Assembly: GCF_963921235.1 (NCBI RefSeq)
Contig: NC_086097.1
Location: 240,934,001-240,998,000 of the forward strand
Direction: 5' to 3'
DNA length: 64,000 bases
Source: Mobula hypostoma
Lineage: Eukaryota
In this document: positions 62,870 to 64,000 of the stretch, piece by piece
How the letters are laid out: each line of letters opens with the position of its first letter
How positions within the stretch are numbered: the stretch's first letter is position 1
Program-made: the position numbers and the translations under genes
The notes under the pieces: generated by a model
Told to the model about the DNA's origin: nothing
Database searches by the model: none
What the model saw: only the letters and a program-made list of their open reading frames with translations

Positions 62870-63120
62870 AAGGAGGAATTTTTTTAGCCAGACAGTTTTG
62901 AACCTGTGGAATGCTCTGCCACAGACTGCGGTGGAGGCCAAGTCTGTGGGTATATTCAAAAATGGAAGTTGATAGATTCCTGATTGGTCAGGGCATCAAG
63001 GGATATGGAGAGAGGGTAGGTCTATGGGGTTGAATAGGATCTGGGATTAGCCATGATGAAATGGCAGAGCAGACTCGATGGGCTGAGTGGCCTAATACTG
63101 CTGCCATGTCTTATGATCTC
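62870..63120 (+). mobile_element. CR1 3' fragment
   Basis: NFF..VLNLWNALPQTAVEAKS followed by the CR1 3' UTR. Confidence 0.85.
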
Positions 63121-63759
63121 ATGACGCCCTGACCTTTCCAACACTTTGACCTTTTCAATCTGGCCCGGAGCTCAACTCTGTCTGAACGTCAAGAGGTATC
63201 CTGAATCCTTCTATATCTGAGTGCGATGGTATTCCTGAGTCTCCACCCAGGACCTGCATGACTGATAGTAGTGAAAATCAAGATGGAGCTACTGACATGA
63301 AGAAAGTCCTGAATATCACCAGAGATGGAGGGTCTAATGAAGACCCTCCAGCAGTGTTAATGGGCAGCAGATAAGTAGGGTTACTGAAAGAATAAAAGCC
63401 AAGTCAAAATAATTATCAAAGTACGTAGATGTCACCATATACTAACATGAGATTCATTTTCCCGCAGGCATTTCCAGGAAGATAAGTCCTACTGTATTTC
63501 TTTATGGAAAACGATATATAATCAAGTACTGACAAACAACCAACATGCAAAAAAGACAAACTATGCAAATAAAAAATATAAATAATTAATATTGAGAAGA
63601 TGAGCTGTAGAGTCTTCGACAGAGAGTCCATAGGTTGTGGAATCAGTTCAGTGTTGAGGCAAGTGGAGTTATCCATGCTGGTTCAGGAGACTATGGCTGT
63701 CAGGTAATGACAGTTCCTGAAGTTCCTATCTGATGGTGGTAGCAAGAAGAGAGCAAGTA

Positions 63760-64000
63760 GTACCCTGAAAACACATCCTTAAGAGTTGAATCCAATATCT
63801 TCCCAACCACTGAGGTCAGACTAACTGGTCCATAATTTCCTTCCCCTGCCTCTCTCCTTGAAGAGTGGAGTGACATTTGCAATTTTCCAGTCTTCCGGAA
63901 CCATTCCAGAATCCAGTGATTCTTGGAAGATCACAACCTCTTCAGCCACCTCTTTCAGAACCCTGGGGTGTACCTCATCTGGTCCAGATGACTTATCTAT
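63760..64000 (-). mobile_element. CR1 RT N-terminal fragment, runs off the window end
   Basis: Antisense DKSSGPDEVHPRVLKEVAEE..SGMVPEDWKIANVTPLFK..GNYGPVSLTSVVGK. Confidence 0.9.

Overview
Repeat-dominated, AT-rich vertebrate genomic DNA. The repeat repertoire (CR1 LINEs, Rex1/Babar LINEs, Penelope-like elements, V-SINE/HE1-like and Deu-type SINEs) suggests a cartilaginous fish, probably a ray or skate; this is an inference. I could not support any host protein-coding exon, so the window is probably intronic or intergenic, and nearly all listed ORFs are transposon fragments or chance ORFs. Highlights: (1) a 2.8-kb AcademX-type DNA transposon relic (23487-26271) with long bipartite TIRs, a TAG left terminus, a 3-bp TCA TSD and a disrupted transposase-tail/XPG-like nuclease/Cys8 protein; (2) about 15 Penelope-derived minimal hammerhead-ribozyme motifs, three with an intact catalytic core; (3) a young 5'-truncated CR1 with an uninterrupted ~680-codon RT frame; (4) many nested insertions with readable TSDs (hAT MITEs, Tigger, mariner, Tc1, RTE-type SINEs). 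I found no clearly novel system. Boundaries of degenerate repeats are approximate, and family names come from motif recognition, not database searches.
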